Positions 62,101 to 64,000 of a DNA stretch of 64,000 bases are shown here, one piece after another (positions within the stretch are counted from its first letter, which is position 1; the number at the start of each line of letters is the position of its first letter). The notes under the pieces were generated by a model. It did not search any database and was not told where the DNA came from. It was given only the letters and a program-made list of their open reading frames with translations. The position numbers and the translations under genes are program-made. This stretch comes from Stegostoma tigrinum (Eukaryota): the NCBI RefSeq assembly GCF_030684315.1, contig NC_081391.1, positions 13,431,342-13,495,341 on the forward strand. Direction: 5' to 3'.

Positions 62101-63690
62101 CTAACAAGGTGTAGAGCTGGATGAACACAGCAGGCCAAGCACCATCAGGGGGAGCAGGAAGGCTGATGTTTTGGGCCTGGACCCTTGAGAAATGGGGAGG
62201 GGAAGGGGTCCCTGAAATAGGAAGGGGTGGGGAGGTGAATGGATGAGGGATAAAGAAACAGGTGGTGAGGAGACTCCGGTCTGAGGTAAGGATGGAGCCA
62301 ATCAAGTCAAGTGAGTTGAGTAGGCCTGTCCGTGGAGGTGGGGATGGGATTTGAGGTGGCGGGGGTCGGCGGGAGGTTGGGTGGTGTGGGGAAGTAGGTG
62401 GGAGGAAGGACGGACCAGTCGGGGAGGTGGGAACTAGCTGAGCTGTGATTGTGGGAAGGGAGATCTTTCAGCTTAAGTCCTCACTGATACCATTGGGCTG
62501 CAGGGTTCCCAAGCAGAATACAAGGTGCTGTTCCTGCAACCTTTGGGTGGCATTGGAGGCCCAGAATGAACATCAACTGTCCCCTCCTGCCCCTCTGAAG
62601 GGCAAGTATTTTGTGACTTGGAGGTGCAGCTGCTGGTCACGAGCCCAGCATAGGCACTCCACAAAGTGGTGTCAAGCCTCTGCTCGGATTTCCTGATGTA
62701 GAGGAGGCCACATTAGGAGCAGTGGATACAGCATACCTCACTGCAGGTGTGTAGGTCCGCTTCGTCTTGATGTGGAAGGTCTTGGGGCCTGGGATGAGGG
62801 GAGGTGTAGCACAATCTGTGTGGCAGGAAAAAAGCCCTGGCTAGTGGAATGTACAAGGGAATCAGTGGTCTCTCCAGAAGGCAGCTAAGGTTGGGGAGGT
62901 AAAACATGTCTTTGTCAGATTGTATAAGTGCCAGAGGATGATGCACTGGATCCTGGCATTGAGGTGGTACTGAAGGATGAGAGGATTCTGTTTTGGTTGT
63001 GTGAGGGATAAGATGCAAGACCGGTTGTGTTTATCTTCCACTAAAGGGAAGTTACGCTCCCTCGGAAAACGAGGACATCTGGGATGCCCAGGAGTAGAAT
63101 GCCTCCCCTCGGGGCTGGAGGTGAAGGAATTGGATTAGGGGATGGCGTTTTCCTTCCACAGGAAGGTGGGTAAGGTGTATTCTAGGTAGCTGTAGGAGTC
63201 AGTAGGTTTGAAATATATCAAAGATTGATAGACAAACTTAAGGTTGAGGTAGAAGGCTCTAATGAATTAGAGGAACCGTTCAAGCTCCTTTGTGGGATGT
63301 AATGGAGGAAGATGTGGAGTTTATGGCCCATCTCCCTGTAGAAGGATTGTTCCACAAATCCTAACAGAAGCAGGCACAGCCTGGGCCCATGCAGGTACCT
63401 ATGGCCACCCCCTTCCTCTGTAGGAGGTGGGAGGAATTGAAGGAGAAGTTAGGGGTGAGGATGAGTTGGCTAGTGGACAAGGTTGTTGGTGAATGGGGAC
63501 CAGTCAGGCCTGCAGGATGAGAGAAGCAGAGGGCCTTCGGCTATCTCCATGGGGAATGGATGAGGTTGGAGGCTGTGGCTGGGAGGTCATCTCCAGTGAA
63601 GTTGTAAATGGACTAGGAGATGGTTTGGTGGTCAGGGGTGGAGTCATGATCAAGGGCGGGGTGGTAGGAGGTATCGGCTGCTCTTCCACA
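62101..63690 (-). mobile_element. Degenerate Penelope-like retroelement in intron 1 of copy H
   Basis: Collinear paralogue of 19666-21260. Confidence 0.8.
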
Positions 63691-64000
63691 CAAGTATATG
63701 TGGCACTCCAGCTCCTGGCATTTCCTTAAACCCTGTTCAGTCACAAACTTCATCCAATTCTGATGGTGCTTAGAGTGGAAATGCTCTTCTCTCTACAGAC
63801 AAGAACAGGCATGGTCAATTCACAGGTTTTGGTCAAGGAATTTCAAGTTTGCCTGGTTACCAGGAGGAGGCGAGGGTTGTTTTTGATGATCCTTGAACTG
63901 GAGCCACTGGCTAATTGGACAATGGTTCTCATCCACCTTGATGTATTTAAAAAAACATGTCATGTTTATTGACTTCTCAATTTGATTGAAGGCTAAACCA

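Larger units (their letters stand above)
47400..64000 (+). repeat. Segmental duplication of about 5190-21570 (offset about 42.2-42.4 kb)
   Basis: The 3' flank of F is nearly identical to the 3' flank of A (stop codons 5340/47550). G matches B and H matches C, including the same CR1 and Penelope insertions. Confidence 0.92.

Noticed and set aside
47400-64000. Duplication as a pure assembly artefact
   Set aside because: The copies differ by many substitutions, large indels and a TSD-flanked insertion, which fits real paralogy. Haplotype duplication is not fully excludable without reads.
1-64000. CRISPR arrays, rRNA or prokaryotic systems
   Set aside because: None seen. The sequence is intron-containing vertebrate DNA.

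Overview
Vertebrate genomic DNA, almost certainly from a cartilaginous fish. This is inferred from HE1/V-SINE-type SINEs, CR1 LINEs with (TTCTATG)n tails and shark-type Penelope remnants. The whole window is a head-to-tail tandem array of eight four-exon ferritin genes on the + strand, spaced about 7.7-9.6 kb apart. ATGs are at 161, 8967, 18337, 26061, 35013, 43409, 51186 and 60779, and the copies are called A-H here. Four copies (B, D, E, G) have intact 176-aa ORFs, three (A, C, F) carry frameshifts or stops, and H runs off the window. The protein has an M-subunit-like backbone but carries L-chain-type substitutions at the ferroxidase centre (E62K, Q141E, A144I; human H numbering) in every copy where those exons are visible. 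No copy has an iron-responsive element between TATA box and ATG. Instead, the seven copies with a fully visible promoter share a block with a perfect or near-perfect DR1 (AGGTCA-A-AGGTCA), two inverted CCAAT boxes, a CRE/ETS-like pair and a TATA-box position. The array is a mosaic of about 26 kb and about 42.2 kb segmental duplications. Exons 1 and 4 are strongly homogenised while introns diverge. All other long ORFs are retroelement fragments or shadow ORFs. Coordinates were read by eye: exon boundaries are checked, repeat boundaries are approximate.
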